Virus record (IMG/VR): IMGVR_UViG_3300046373_000041
Coordinates: 1-44,471 of that record
DNA length: 44,471 nucleotides
Strand: one strand, 5' to 3'
DNA from: a virus
Lineage: Duplodnaviria > Caudoviricetes
Shown: positions 9,177-19,110 of the stretch, piece by piece
Position numbering within the stretch: position 1 is the first letter of the stretch
How the letters are laid out: each line of letters opens with the position of its first letter
Translations under genes and position numbers: made by a program
The notes under the pieces: generated by a model
Database searches by the model: none
Told to the model about the DNA's origin: nothing
What the model saw: only the letters and a program-made list of their open reading frames with translations

Positions 9177-9243
9177 GCCTGAAACCTTCAGCCAGTCGCG
9201 GCGGGTTGCTAAGCTAATGAGGTCTGGCGACGACCTGCCCCCA

Positions 9244-9292
9244 ATGGGTGAGTGAAGGCCCGGCCTGCTGCTGCGGGCCGGGCCTTACCCAT
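9244..9292 (-). terminator. long hairpin closing the structural operon
   Basis: AAGGCCCGGCC/GGCCGGGCCTT stem with outer ATGGGT/ACCCAT pairing; no U tract. Confidence 0.55.
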
Positions 9293-9300
9293 GTCAGGGC

Positions 9301-10179
9301 TTAGGGGATCGTCGCCGGGTCGGTGAAGGTGTCGCCGTAGTAGCGCCCGCCAGCCGTCAGGACCTGCTTCGTGTACTCGGCGTTGTCCAACGCATCGACT
9401 TCCGCATAGGCCCGCCCCGAGGCGGTGAGGTCTTCGACGTAGAGCCGGTAGAAAATCCGCGACGGCAGCTGTGTTACCCATCCGGAAACGGCGGCGTTGA
9501 ATGACCCAGGCGGCATGCCCCACACCGAGGCTGCGTTCGTCGGCGCGACAGTCAGTGGCGTGTTGTTCGGTGTGACGCCGAGGGATGCGAAGTTATTCCC
9601 TAGGGCCTGCGGGGTGCCGTTGCGCACGTCGGCGGCGAGAGAAGTGTCGTAGGTCCAGCCAACGTCGGAGCGGTAGAACACGAAGCGGGTGGAGTTGCCG
9701 CCCGAGCCGATTTCAAGGTTCGTGCCCGCGTTTGCGATCGGAACGCGGGTGGTCCGGTTCCAAACGGATACGTAGAACTTGTGCGTCTTGTTAGCGAACA
9801 TGTAGGACCGGATCGCCGCGGGCAGGCCCAGCATTGCGCCGTCGCCGTTGGCGATGCCCGGCGCTTGGGAGACGATGCCGTGCAGGCCGCCCTTGCCGGT
9901 ACGCTCAATCTTGCCTTTAGCACCCGAAAGAGAGCCGTAAGTGTTGAACACTGCGGACAGTGCCGCATTATCGGCTACGCCGAGCAGCGCCGCCGCTTCC
10001 ACGTGGGCGATATTGGGCAGGGTTGCCGCGTTGGCTGGCACGCCCGCCGCCCACGCGGTCGCCGGATGTGAGGGGTCGATCAGCGCGAGCGTGCCGCTCG
10101 ACATGACCGGGTCGTCACGCAGGGTTGGCAGCGTAAGATCCGTGAAGCTTGTCGGCAGCACTAATTTCAGACCACTCAT
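9301..10179 (-). CDS. tail fibre-associated / minor tail protein
   Basis: Last gene of the tail block; translationally coupled to the SGNH fibre gene. Confidence 0.6.
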   Translation of the reverse strand: MSGLKLVLPTSFTDLTLPTLRDDPVMSSGTLALIDPSHPATAWAAGVPANAATLPNIAHVEAAALLGVADNAALSAVFNTYGSLSGAKGKIERTGKGGLHGIVSQAPGIANGDGAMLGLPAAIRSYMFANKTHKFYVSVWNRTTRVPIANAGTNLEIGSGGNSTRFVFYRSDVGWTYDTSLAADVRNGTPQALGNNFASLGVTPNNTPLTVAPTNAASVWGMPPGSFNAAVSGWVTQLPSRIFYRLYVEDLTASGRAYAEVDALDNAEYTKQVLTAGGRYYGDTFTDPATIP

Positions 10180-11957
10180 GTCAGGGTCCAGCCTTTCTGT
10201 TGGATTACCTTCGCGATGTACTTCGCGATGGTGTTGTTACCGAGGGTGTTCAGGTGGCCACCGTCGCCCCTGAAGGAAGTCGGGGTGAGTCCATTCGCGA
10301 TATCGGTCACGTCCTGATCCGTCTTCGCAATACCGGCGTCCGCGAAGGCCTGATCGCTGCGCAAGTAGGTCATCAGTGGCACGAAGTCGCGGGGGAAGGC
10401 GGCTAGGATCGCGGCGTTAGCGGCGTCGAGCTTGACGCGGTTCGGCGTGCCGTTTTCTTCCCCAACCCAGGGGGCGATTTCAAGCACCAGGAACCGCTTT
10501 TCTGATGCCGTCAGGTAGTCGACAGATGCGCTGATGTGCGCGACGATCTGCTCGGGGGTGCGGTTGGAGAAACTGTTGCGCCCCGTCCAGAAGATTGAGA
10601 TGTTCGACCGGGTCGCAACTCCGTTGTCTGACATGAAGGGGGTGTTCGGCGCCGTCCAGACAGGGTCGCCGGGGGTGTCGCGGGCGAAGGTGTGCAGATT
10701 GTTCGTGTTGTCTCGGGAGAGGGTGCCGGGCACGCCGTTGATGGTTCCGTGCCCCGACGAGATCCCGATGCTAGACGGTGAGCTATAGATGACCGTGCTT
10801 ATCGAAGTCAGAGTTACTGTGCCCGACGCTGGAATCATGTTGCCGGGGAGGGTTACCAGTGCCGGAATTGCGTTCTGACGGGCGGCGATCGACTCGATAC
10901 CCTGCCCGCCGATGCCGTACTGCTTGTAGGGCACATTGAGAATAGAGGCGGTCAGGGCGAGCCAGTTCGCGGCGGTCATCGAGTCGCCCCAGCCGACCAG
11001 GGGAACACGAGAATACTGCACGGTGCCGGTTGCCGCTGCCGTGGCGGCGTCTACTGCGGCCCGCAGGATGCGCGCGGGGAAGGGGCCGCTGAACTTGCCA
11101 TCAAGGCCGATCTGAAGTTCGGACTTCCGGCCCTGATTGTCGACGAAGACATAGGCCAGACCGGGGCCTTCGGTGATGGTCTGCGGCAGCGGCAAGGTGT
11201 TGACCTTCGCTTGCATTCGAGCGTCGGTCAGTGCCCCCATTGCCGCGTCGATCATGCTCGCTGCTCGGCCCGTAGGTTTTCCATCGGCCCCGATCTCGAT
11301 CCATGACCTGCGGCCCTGCAAGTCAGTGACAACGAAGGCGGTCTCGACCCCGTCGTGCGTCCGCTTAGGGACGGGCTTTGCTTCGATCTGCGCGTCGACG
11401 GCGGGGGCGACTGCATCGGCGACCAGTTTTGCGGCGTGCACTGTGGGGCGCCCGTTGTTTGCGACCTCGATCCATGACCTGCGGTTTTCGGCCCCGGTAA
11501 CAGCGAATGCGATCGTGTCATCGGATAGGATCTGCTGCGCGCCCTTCATGACGCCCGCTTCGGTAAGCTTGCCCGCGACCGCTGCGGCTGCGGCGTTCTT
11601 AGCGACCGAGTCGCTGGCAAGTGCAGACGTGACCGCGGGCGGCACTTTAGCGTCGACCGACGTCTGAACCTGCGCGTCGGTGGGGGCGGTCGCTGCGATC
11701 GCCGCCTGCGCCGCCGCTTGGTTTGCTGCCACCTTCGCGCTGTCGGCGTTCAGCGCCGCTTGGCTGGCTGCGACCTGCGCCGCTTCTGCCGCGTTCAGCA
11801 CTGCGGTCGTCGGCGCCGAGATCCTGAAGTTGATCCGCTGCTTCGAGTTGCTGATCGTTTCGAGCGTGACCTGCGTCGGCCCTTCGGTGACCGTGCCGAG
11901 TTCAAGCTGATTCGCGGGGCCGACGAAGACCTGCACGCCTGCTGTCGTGTCTGCCAT
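10176..11957 (-). CDS. tail fibre/spike with C-terminal SGNH hydrolase
   Basis: WGDSMT, WTGRN and DGGH SGNH blocks; three internal repeats similar to FVVTDLQGRRSWIEIGADGKP. Confidence 0.75.
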   Translation of the reverse strand: MADTTAGVQVFVGPANQLELGTVTEGPTQVTLETISNSKQRINFRISAPTTAVLNAAEAAQVAASQAALNADSAKVAANQAAAQAAIAATAPTDAQVQTSVDAKVPPAVTSALASDSVAKNAAAAAVAGKLTEAGVMKGAQQILSDDTIAFAVTGAENRRSWIEVANNGRPTVHAAKLVADAVAPAVDAQIEAKPVPKRTHDGVETAFVVTDLQGRRSWIEIGADGKPTGRAASMIDAAMGALTDARMQAKVNTLPLPQTITEGPGLAYVFVDNQGRKSELQIGLDGKFSGPFPARILRAAVDAATAAATGTVQYSRVPLVGWGDSMTAANWLALTASILNVPYKQYGIGGQGIESIAARQNAIPALVTLPGNMIPASGTVTLTSISTVIYSSPSSIGISSGHGTINGVPGTLSRDNTNNLHTFARDTPGDPVWTAPNTPFMSDNGVATRSNISIFWTGRNSFSNRTPEQIVAHISASVDYLTASEKRFLVLEIAPWVGEENGTPNRVKLDAANAAILAAFPRDFVPLMTYLRSDQAFADAGIAKTDQDVTDIANGLTPTSFRGDGGHLNTLGNNTIAKYIAKVIQQKGWTLT

Positions 11958-11969
11958 GTGTCAGGTTTC

Positions 11970-13076
11970 CTATTCTGTGATGGTGACGCCGAGTGAATCG
12001 GCTTCGGTCCAGGTGCGGGCGGCGGCTTCGCGGGTTGTCCAGGTAGCCCCGGCTGCTGCTTCCCACTGATCCCAGGTCGGCGACGCGATCTGCGCGGTCA
12101 GTTCGTGCCCGGCTGGCACGGTGCCCGTCGCCCGAACCGATGCGACCAGCGCGGCCAGCGCGGCGGGCTGGTCGACGTCGGCGCCGGGCAGTTCGTCTTC
12201 GCGCACCAGCATGACCAGCGAATGCAGCTTCGTGGGGGAAGGCACTACTGTCGCCTGCCTGTTGCCGGTTAGGAACTTGCGGGCCGCGTTCGTCATGTCC
12301 CGGCGCGTGCCCGAGGCAGGCCTGCCACTCTCGGCGAGATCCACCAGGTAGGCGCGCAAGTCAGCGGGGGACTGGTTGCGGATCGTCGCCGAGACGCCCA
12401 TCAGTTGAGCGACCCATCGCAGCGCGGCGTCGGGGGTGTTCGCCGGTTCAAGGTACTCGCCCGACCAGAGGCCGTCAGAGATATCGCGGACCTGCCCGGC
12501 GATCTGCCCGACGCCTTCCATGTAGCGCAGCAGCGGATAGTGCGACGAGACGGTGTTGCCGGGCAGCGCTTCGAAGTCGACGGCCCGGTGCCCGACGTTG
12601 ATGCCGCGCATCGTGAACAGCAGCCCGCCGTCGCCGACCGGGGTGCCGAAGGTCAGGGTCGCCGTGATCGGCTCGGATGCGGACAGGCCAGAGATTAGGG
12701 TGTCGTGGCCGTCGCCTACCGGCAGGGCGTCTAGTGTGTGCGCCCCGATTGCCCGCCCGACGCCGTCGGCAAGTCTGAGTGAGATCGTCGAGTCGGCGGT
12801 GTCGGCGGTCCACCAGGCCTGAAAGATGACGGGCAGGGCCGGGTCAATGCCGTAGAAGACGCGCTGAAATTGCAGCACGACGTAGTCGTTCGCCTGCTCG
12901 ATCGGGGTCAGCGTCCAGCCGTCGAGACCCTTGATGAACATCGGCTCGGAGTTGAAGCCGACCTGATAGAGCAGGCCGGGCGCTTCTTGCGCGGCGTCGG
13001 CGGCACGGTAGGCCGCTGGCAAGGTCTTCCACCAATTCCGCGTCCACTCGTGCACCGGGACCATTTCGCCAGCCAC
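11970..13076 (-). CDS. baseplate wedge/tail protein (P2 gpI-like)
   Basis: LPAAYR...PLLRYM...PANTPDAALRWVAQLMGV...GT; follows baseplate J. Confidence 0.7.
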   Translation of the reverse strand: MAGEMVPVHEWTRNWWKTLPAAYRAADAAQEAPGLLYQVGFNSEPMFIKGLDGWTLTPIEQANDYVVLQFQRVFYGIDPALPVIFQAWWTADTADSTISLRLADGVGRAIGAHTLDALPVGDGHDTLISGLSASEPITATLTFGTPVGDGGLLFTMRGINVGHRAVDFEALPGNTVSSHYPLLRYMEGVGQIAGQVRDISDGLWSGEYLEPANTPDAALRWVAQLMGVSATIRNQSPADLRAYLVDLAESGRPASGTRRDMTNAARKFLTGNRQATVVPSPTKLHSLVMLVREDELPGADVDQPAALAALVASVRATGTVPAGHELTAQIASPTWDQWEAAAGATWTTREAAARTWTEADSLGVTITE

Positions 13077-14203
13077 TAGGCGACCGTCACTGTCACGGTG
13101 CCAAGAATCGGCAGCGGGGCGACCCCGGCGAGGTTGATCGTCGCGGGTGCTGCGGTGACTTCGCGCACGCCCGCGGCGGCGGCGACGACGGCGACGATCT
13201 CGAACTGCGTCGCCGAGTCATCCCAGGCCCACGTAAGCGGATTGACCCATGCTCTGAGGGCTGCGGTAACCGACGCCCGCACGGCGTCTTCCGAGAAGCC
13301 TGCGCGGGCCTTCACGGTCACGGCGACATTGATTGGGGTATAGGTGGGGGCGATGACGTGCACGGTCAGCGAGCCGAGCGCCTGTTCGGCGAGGGCGGTG
13401 CGGATCTCCGTCATGAGTGCCGGATCGACGGCCAGCCCGTCGAGGCCCGCGACGGCGACCGTGACGTGCCCGTAGGTCGGCGCGCCGGGGGTTGCGGGGT
13501 CGTAATTGTCGAGCGTCAGGGCGCGGCCAACGCCGACGCGGGCGAGGGCCGCATATTCGAACTGCTCGGGATGCACGAGGGTCGAGTTCTGCCGGGCTAG
13601 CTGCGCCGCGCCGCGGGCGAAGAAGACGGCATCGCTTTCGAGATCCGCCCCGCCGAGCAGTGCGGCGGACAGCTTCGCCGACTCAATGAAGGGCAGGTTA
13701 TCGACGACCGAGACGGGGGCGCCGTTCGGTGACCCGTTCGGCAGTGAGCCGAGCCGATCGGCGATGACGTTCACCTGACCCGTCAGGGTCTCGCTGGTGA
13801 TGATCGTCAGGTCTTCCGTGGTGAACAGGTCGACGGTCTCGATGCTGGTGTCGAGCGCCAGGCGCAGGCGCGTGCCTGCCGGGATAGTCTGCGTCGGCGA
13901 CGAGTTCGTCACGGTGATCTCGACGCGCCCGCGGGCTGCGACGCCCGGCGACCGGCTGGTGCCGATCAGCCCGAGGATCAGTTCGGCGACCCGCGGCCCG
14001 AGCAGCTGCAAAGACAGGATTTCGGGGCCGAGCATGACGGCCAGGGCTTCGATCAGCACTAGCTCGGTGTTGCCGCCGCGGGGTTGCCACTCGGGCATGA
14101 CCGACCGGATATGCGTCACGGCGGCGTCGACGAGATCGACTTCGGTGCCGTGGTCGAGCAGCCGAAGGGTTTCCATTTCGGGGACGGCGAAGGCTTCGCT
14201 CAT
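13076..14203 (-). CDS. baseplate J-like protein
   Basis: IPAGTR, GGADLESD, GHVTVAV motifs. Confidence 0.9.
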   Translation of the reverse strand: MSEAFAVPEMETLRLLDHGTEVDLVDAAVTHIRSVMPEWQPRGGNTELVLIEALAVMLGPEILSLQLLGPRVAELILGLIGTSRSPGVAARGRVEITVTNSSPTQTIPAGTRLRLALDTSIETVDLFTTEDLTIITSETLTGQVNVIADRLGSLPNGSPNGAPVSVVDNLPFIESAKLSAALLGGADLESDAVFFARGAAQLARQNSTLVHPEQFEYAALARVGVGRALTLDNYDPATPGAPTYGHVTVAVAGLDGLAVDPALMTEIRTALAEQALGSLTVHVIAPTYTPINVAVTVKARAGFSEDAVRASVTAALRAWVNPLTWAWDDSATQFEIVAVVAAAAGVREVTAAPATINLAGVAPLPILGTVTVTVA

Positions 14204-14523
14204 TGTTGTGCACTTTCCGCGCCGCGTGACCAGGTGATATCTGCGACGGCTTGCGTGTTGTTCTTCGGGGTGCTGGTCACTGACTGCACGACGACGCCTT
14301 TCGGGCCGTGCTCGTCGAGACCGACCTGCACGTCGCCGACGTACAGGCCAGAGAAGCCGGGGTCGGGCACGCCGAAGGTCGGGCGCATGGGGCGTTCGCC
14401 GATGGTGGTCAGGACCAGCACGGCGATCGCTTCTTCGATCTCTGCGTCAGATCCGCGTTCGACCGTAGCGACTGACCCGGTCGGGGTCAGCCTGAAGGGG
14501 AAACTCAAAGCGCCGTCAGCCAT
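14200..14523 (-). CDS. baseplate wedge protein (gp25/GPW-like)
   Basis: LSFPF...LTTIGERPMRPTFG. Confidence 0.9.
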   Translation of the reverse strand: MADGALSFPFRLTPTGSVATVERGSDAEIEEAIAVLVLTTIGERPMRPTFGVPDPGFSGLYVGDVQVGLDEHGPKGVVVQSVTSTPKNNTQAVADITWSRGAESAQQ

Positions 14524-14529
14524 GACCTG

Positions 14530-14564
14530 ATGGTCGCTGACGGCGCTTTGCGCGTGTGGGAAGG
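14530..14564 (-). promoter_or_regulatory. phage-specific promoter copy, leaderless (CCTTCCCAC-N20-GACCAT-N6-ATG)
   Basis: Motif at 14556-14564, -10 at 14530-14535, ATG at 14523. Confidence 0.75.
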
Positions 14565-14565
14565 C

Positions 14566-14898
14566 TTAGCCCAGCGGGCCGGTGCTGCCGATCGGGGTCT
14601 TCGCTTCGATCGCGGGTGCGACGCCGGTCGGCTTCCACAGGTTTTTGTATGCCGCCGAGCCGGTAATGAAGACGACGAGGATCGCGACGAACAGTGTCGC
14701 GGTACTGAAGATGCCGTTCAGCCCGACGGTCACGGCGGCAACGGCGATGTAGAAGACGAAGGCGATGATCGACTGAAGCCGGGGGCTGAAGCGCGACTGC
14801 TGGATCACGCTGATCGCGAGGGGGCTGAAGATGCCGACGGCGATCAGCCAGAGGGCGACCGGCGACTGCGCGGCCAGGGCGATAAGGTCGGTTTCCAT
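14566..14898 (-). CDS. holin
   Basis: Multiple TM segments; C-terminal YKNLWKPTGVAPAIE; downstream of the endolysin. Confidence 0.8.
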   Translation of the reverse strand: METDLIALAAQSPVALWLIAVGIFSPLAISVIQQSRFSPRLQSIIAFVFYIAVAAVTVGLNGIFSTATLFVAILVVFITGSAAYKNLWKPTGVAPAIEAKTPIGSTGPLG

Positions 14899-14911
14899 TG
14901 CTCTACTTTCG

Positions 14912-15052
14912 TTAGTGGTTGAGGGCTTCGGTTATGGCTTCGAGTACGGCGACGGCGCCGCCGACTAGGGTGCTGGCGAAGCCGACGAGGATGATCGCGG
15001 CGAGGATCGCGAGCAGGCCGACGGCGAGCACGATCAGGGCCGTCGCCTTCAC
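14912..15052 (-). CDS. small membrane protein (46 aa, MKATALIVLAVGLL...)
   Basis: Translated by hand; GTGA overlap with the endolysin stop; strongly hydrophobic. Confidence 0.65.
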   Translation of the reverse strand: MKATALIVLAVGLLAILAAIILVGFASTLVGGAVAVLEAITEALNH

Positions 15053-16650
15053 TTCGACGCCTTCCAGAGGTTCACCAGGAACGCGACGAAGTCTTCGACG
15101 TCACTTTCGCTCGGGACTACTGGCGCCGGGGCGGCTGGGGTTTCGCCGCTGATATCGAACAGAGCCAGGTCGATGTAAGCGCCGCAGGTCGTGTTATTGC
15201 CGGGGATCACGCGGTGAGTCGTGAGCTTCAGTTCGTAGCCCTGCGTATCGCGCCACTCGCGCAAGAATGTTTTGACCGTTGCAACAGTCTCGGCGTCGGG
15301 GTTCGGCGGCACTTCGCAGGAGAGGTAGTTGTTCCCGACGGTGCCAGCGTGATAAGCCCGGTCGACGGTGTCGACGATCGCCGTCAGCCGCTTGCCCTGC
15401 GCGCCGAAGTGCGCGCTGCTCGGGTTGCGCCGCTCGGTCTGAAACCATCCGATCGTGCCGTCGAGGGTCGGGTGCTTGTCGGGGTCGTCCATCTGGTGCA
15501 CGACGAAGAACTCGGGCCGGGCCGGGAAGTTCCCGCGCATGAAGTTCGAGACGTGCGCCGGGGCGACGTCGGTGACCGACTTCCAGCGCTTCGCGAAGCT
15601 GTAGGCGGGGATCGGGGCCGGGGCGGGTACTGCGGGCGTGCCAGGGGTGGCAGGGGCGCCGAGTACGATCTCGGGCAGGCCGTCGAGCTTGTCGCCGCCA
15701 ACGACGCCGCCCGACCATATGAATTTGCCGCTCGTGCCGACAAGCCAGACGTCGGAACTGCTCAAACCGTAGGGCCTGACGCCGCGGGTCCAGCCGACCA
15801 GGTTCAGCACGTCGCCGGGGGCGAAGGTTTCCAGGGCGGCAGATCCGGCGTTCGGGGCGTCGCGCTTCGTGGCGCCAGCCGCGCCGACGATCCGCTGCGT
15901 CGCTGACAGGGTCGGGGGTGCGGTCGGCTTCGCGGGGGTGAGATCCGGCAGGCCGGTCGTCGACTGGTCGTCGAACGCCGAGGCGCTGAAGAAGGTGCCG
16001 CTGAAGGCGCCGACGAACCATACATTCGTGCCGTTCGCGGTCGCGCCGGTCACGAAGCCCTTGAAATTGAGGGTGTCGCCGGGATTGAAGACGCGGCCCG
16101 TCTTGTTGTCGTCGCGCACTGCGGCGCTGCTGCGCTCGGTGACGCCCTGCGACCCGACGACCCGCTGCCCCGCTGCGGGGTCGGGGGCGTGACTGGCTGC
16201 GGGCACTTCGGGGTCGATGTTCGGGCGCAGCCAGCCGGTGCACGGCCCGGTGCCGGGGCCGTCGTAGGGCAGCGTCGAAATGTGCGCGGGGGTCTGAAGG
16301 TAGCCGTCCTGCTGGATGACGGCCATGCTGTAGGCGTCGGCGGACAGCACGACGGCGACGTGCCCGTAGGGGTTGATCGGAGACCCGCCGAAGATGACCA
16401 GGTCGCCGCGCTCGGGCACGCTGGTCAGGTCGCCGGGCACATTCGGGTGCCAGGTGAAATAGTCGTTCGTCAGGCCCGCGAAGCCGTTCGCGCCGACGAC
16501 GCCCCCGATCGTCCGCTGCCAGGGCAGGCCGAAGATGAACTCGGCGTAGTCGTCGGCGACGTCGACGCACTGAAGGCCGTAGGCGTTGTCGGGGTTGATT
16601 TCGCGGCCAGGCGCGGCGGCGATCCATTTTTCCTGAATCGAGTGTGTCAT
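15049..16650 (-). CDS. endolysin (CHAP + two SH3-like repeats + Amidase_2-like domain)
   Basis: QCVDV...YGHVAVV CHAP motifs; VVHQ...SAHF...AYHAG...H...CG amidase motifs; start moved to ATG 16650 (CAGGAG RBS). Confidence 0.9.
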   Translation of the reverse strand: MTHSIQEKWIAAAPGREINPDNAYGLQCVDVADDYAEFIFGLPWQRTIGGVVGANGFAGLTNDYFTWHPNVPGDLTSVPERGDLVIFGGSPINPYGHVAVVLSADAYSMAVIQQDGYLQTPAHISTLPYDGPGTGPCTGWLRPNIDPEVPAASHAPDPAAGQRVVGSQGVTERSSAAVRDDNKTGRVFNPGDTLNFKGFVTGATANGTNVWFVGAFSGTFFSASAFDDQSTTGLPDLTPAKPTAPPTLSATQRIVGAAGATKRDAPNAGSAALETFAPGDVLNLVGWTRGVRPYGLSSSDVWLVGTSGKFIWSGGVVGGDKLDGLPEIVLGAPATPGTPAVPAPAPIPAYSFAKRWKSVTDVAPAHVSNFMRGNFPARPEFFVVHQMDDPDKHPTLDGTIGWFQTERRNPSSAHFGAQGKRLTAIVDTVDRAYHAGTVGNNYLSCEVPPNPDAETVATVKTFLREWRDTQGYELKLTTHRVIPGNNTTCGAYIDLALFDISGETPAAPAPVVPSESDVEDFVAFLVNLWKASK

Positions 16651-16683
16651 GTCGGGCGTCTCCTGTTCGGGCGGGATGCTGCT

Positions 16684-16718
16684 AGGGTGCGCCCGAGCGG
16701 GCGGCGCTTGTGGGAAGG
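16684..16718 (-). promoter_or_regulatory. phage-specific promoter copy for the endolysin (CCTTCCCAC-N20-CACCCT)
   Basis: Motif at 16710-16718, -10 at 16684-16689. Confidence 0.7.
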
Positions 16719-16720
16719 CT

Positions 16721-17032
16721 TCAAACAATCGGCAATGACAGGCCGTTCGCGATCAGCATGCTCGCGTTAGCGTCGCGCTGCTTCTTCAGTTCGATGTTGC
16801 GTTCGCGCAGTTCGACGACCGTCGCGTCGAGCATCTTGATTTGCGCGTTCAGTGATTGAACCGCGACCGATTCGAAGTCGACCGTCTCGCCGAGCGTCGC
16901 CGCTGGCGACGGTATCGCGGGCTGCTCGGCTTCTTTCTTCTTGTCTTTGAAGTAGTTCAGTAGGCCCAGGATCAGGGGCGTCAGGGTCGCTGCCGCCGCC
17001 ACTACCGAGAGCGCAACGGCTGAGATATCCAC
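16721..17032 (-). CDS. membrane protein (N-terminal TM + coiled coil), lysis cassette
   Basis: Hydrophobic N-terminus and heptad-like C-terminus. Confidence 0.7.
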   Translation of the reverse strand: MDISAVALSVVAAAATLTPLILGLLNYFKDKKKEAEQPAIPSPAATLGETVDFESVAVQSLNAQIKMLDATVVELRERNIELKKQRDANASMLIANGLSLPIV

Positions 17033-17043
17033 GCCGCCCCCCT

Positions 17044-17511
17044 TTAGTTTTCGATGATCGGCGGTTCAGCGAGAGTCGCGTCGTCTGCCGCTCGGGCTTG
17101 TAGTAGTGCAGCCCGCAGCTTCTTTCGATCCCGCTGGATCTGCCACACCCTGAAGGCGCACGATCCGCTGACGCCGAGCACGTAAGACAGGGCGATCACG
17201 GCCTGCGCTGGCGGGTACATGATCAGCAGCGAGATCGCGAGGGCGAGGTTCGTCAGGCCGAGGCCGCAGGCGGCGACCAGTTCGAGCCGCAGGCCCGGTT
17301 CAGGGTTCGGTTCCCGGTGCGTGGCGATGATCGCGAACAGGCCGGTCACGCCCGCGGCCAGCAGGGCGAAGCCGATGATCGGCACGAACAGGAACGCCGC
17401 GAGCGACTTCACGGTCGCCCCGAGCAGCAGGAGCAGACCGAACAGTGCTTGCGTGCCGTAGGTGCTGAAGGCGAAGGCGTGCGTCGACGTCGTGAGTGTG
17501 AGGGTCTTCAT
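17044..17511 (-). CDS. four-TM membrane protein, lysis cassette
   Basis: Four hydrophobic segments; ATGA coupling at 17508-17511. Confidence 0.7.
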   Translation of the reverse strand: MKTLTLTTSTHAFAFSTYGTQALFGLLLLLGATVKSLAAFLFVPIIGFALLAAGVTGLFAIIATHREPNPEPGLRLELVAACGLGLTNLALAISLLIMYPPAQAVIALSYVLGVSGSCAFRVWQIQRDRKKLRAALLQARAADDATLAEPPIIEN

Positions 17512-17951
17512 CGCTTCTTCGCCCGCTGGCGCCACATCAGATAGTTGATGTAGCAGAAGACGGCGCTGCCCATGTAGTTACTGAAGGCTGTCGGCGGGGC
17601 TTCGAGCGGGCCAATGATCGGGAAGATCGTCATGACGCCGATCGCGACGTGCACCAGGCAGAGCGCCAGGGTCGCGCCCTGCACGAAGTCTTTGTCGAGC
17701 TTCGCGCCGACCAGCAGCACGCCCCCGGTCGCGGCGTAGAGTGCGGCCCACACATAGGGGTGCGCTGCGGCGAAGACGGTCGAGAAGGCCGGGAGGTGGA
17801 TGACCCGCTCGGGGAACAGGATGAAGGCCCCGGCTGCGTAGAGTGCCAGCAGCGCCAGCGAGGCGGCGGTCAGGCGGGGGATCTCGTGCTCGCTGACCCG
17901 GTCGAGGATCTTCGCGGCCCGTCGCCGCAGGGTGGCAAGGGTGCGTGTCAT
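17508..17951 (-). CDS. four-TM membrane protein, lysis cassette
   Basis: Four hydrophobic segments. Confidence 0.7.
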   Translation of the reverse strand: MTRTLATLRRRAAKILDRVSEHEIPRLTAASLALLALYAAGAFILFPERVIHLPAFSTVFAAAHPYVWAALYAATGGVLLVGAKLDKDFVQGATLALCLVHVAIGVMTIFPIIGPLEAPPTAFSNYMGSAVFCYINYLMWRQRAKKR

Positions 17952-19060
17952 CAGAAGGCCTCTGCTTCGTAAGTGACATTCATGTGAATCTCCGAGCCCT
18001 TCACGAACGGGTAGTCGAAGTATCCCGGCACGAACATGGCGGCGGTCGCGTTTTGAATGTCAGGCCATGACCACATCTCGATCGCGTCGCTACTGCCGCC
18101 CATGGCGCCGAAGATCGCCCGAAGCGGCCCGTCAGGGCCGGTTACTAGCTGCGATCCCATTCCGAACTGCTGCGGATAGCCAGCCGACCGGAAGGGGAGG
18201 GTGACAGCCACTCGGCCCTTTCCCTGATATGCCCCGGTGCCACCCTTCAGCCACATGTTCGCCCGGATCAGGCGGGGGCCGATGACGGCGTAAGATCCGC
18301 CAGAGGTATACCCTGCGCCGAGGTTATCGAAGCCGCGCCAGACGGGCGTGAACAGGGTGTGGGACTGCCTGACGCACTCCCATAGACCTTTGGCTTCGTC
18401 CCATATGCGGGTGCGGCGGGTGTCGGTCTCGAAGATCTCCTGCCCGTCATAGCGCAGGCCTGCGGCGGGCCGGGTCGTCGACGTGCAGACATAGCGGACG
18501 CTGTCGACGAGGCCTTCAGAGAAGTTCGCGGTGTCTTGAATCAGGCCGTCGACATAGGTCTTCGTCGTCGCATGCCCGCCCGCGGTCGGCGTGGCGACCG
18601 CGATCCTGCCCGATGTGTCGCGGCGGGCAATGGCGCCAGCTGTCGCGGCGTCGGTGGCCGCGTCGAGCTTCGCCTTATCGGCGGCTGACATGGCGCCGGG
18701 GGCGTCTGCTGCGGCCAGCGGCAGCGGGTGGGTGTGGTCTGCGCGGGCTGCGCGGGCACTGGTGCCTTCGCCGCCTACTGCGCCGATCGCCAGGGCGCGG
18801 CCTGCGCCGCCGCCGCCGTTCGGGTTCGCGTCTTTCCACGCGGCGCCGTTGTCGTAGTAGAGCCGGTCGACGGTCTCGTCGTAGTAGAACCGCCCCCGCT
18901 TGCCCGCAGCTGGCCGGGCGCCGGTAATGCCTTGACTGAACATTGCGGCGTTGTTTTCGATCGCGTCGATCATCGCGTTGAACTCGGCGCGGTTCGGGTG
19001 CGGATCGCCGCCGCTGCCGTACTGCTTCAGCAGGAAACGTAGGGTCGGGGTGATAGCCAT
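17951..19060 (-). CDS. minor tail / tail fibre protein
   Basis: ARADHTH, GAMSAADKAKLD, ATTKTYVD and IFETDT fibre-type motifs. Confidence 0.8.
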   Translation of the reverse strand: MAITPTLRFLLKQYGSGGDPHPNRAEFNAMIDAIENNAAMFSQGITGARPAAGKRGRFYYDETVDRLYYDNGAAWKDANPNGGGGAGRALAIGAVGGEGTSARAARADHTHPLPLAAADAPGAMSAADKAKLDAATDAATAGAIARRDTSGRIAVATPTAGGHATTKTYVDGLIQDTANFSEGLVDSVRYVCTSTTRPAAGLRYDGQEIFETDTRRTRIWDEAKGLWECVRQSHTLFTPVWRGFDNLGAGYTSGGSYAVIGPRLIRANMWLKGGTGAYQGKGRVAVTLPFRSAGYPQQFGMGSQLVTGPDGPLRAIFGAMGGSSDAIEMWSWPDIQNATAAMFVPGYFDYPFVKGSEIHMNVTYEAEAF

Positions 19061-19066
19061 GCCCCC

Positions 19067-19101
19067 AGCTTCGAGGCCGGGGGCGGGCGTGTGTGGGACG
19101 G
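19067..19101 (-). promoter_or_regulatory. phage-specific promoter copy, leaderless (CCGTCCCAC-N20-GAAGCT-N6-ATG)
   Basis: Motif at 19093-19101, -10 at 19067-19072, ATG at 19060. Confidence 0.75.
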
Positions 19102-19110
19102 GGCCAGTGT

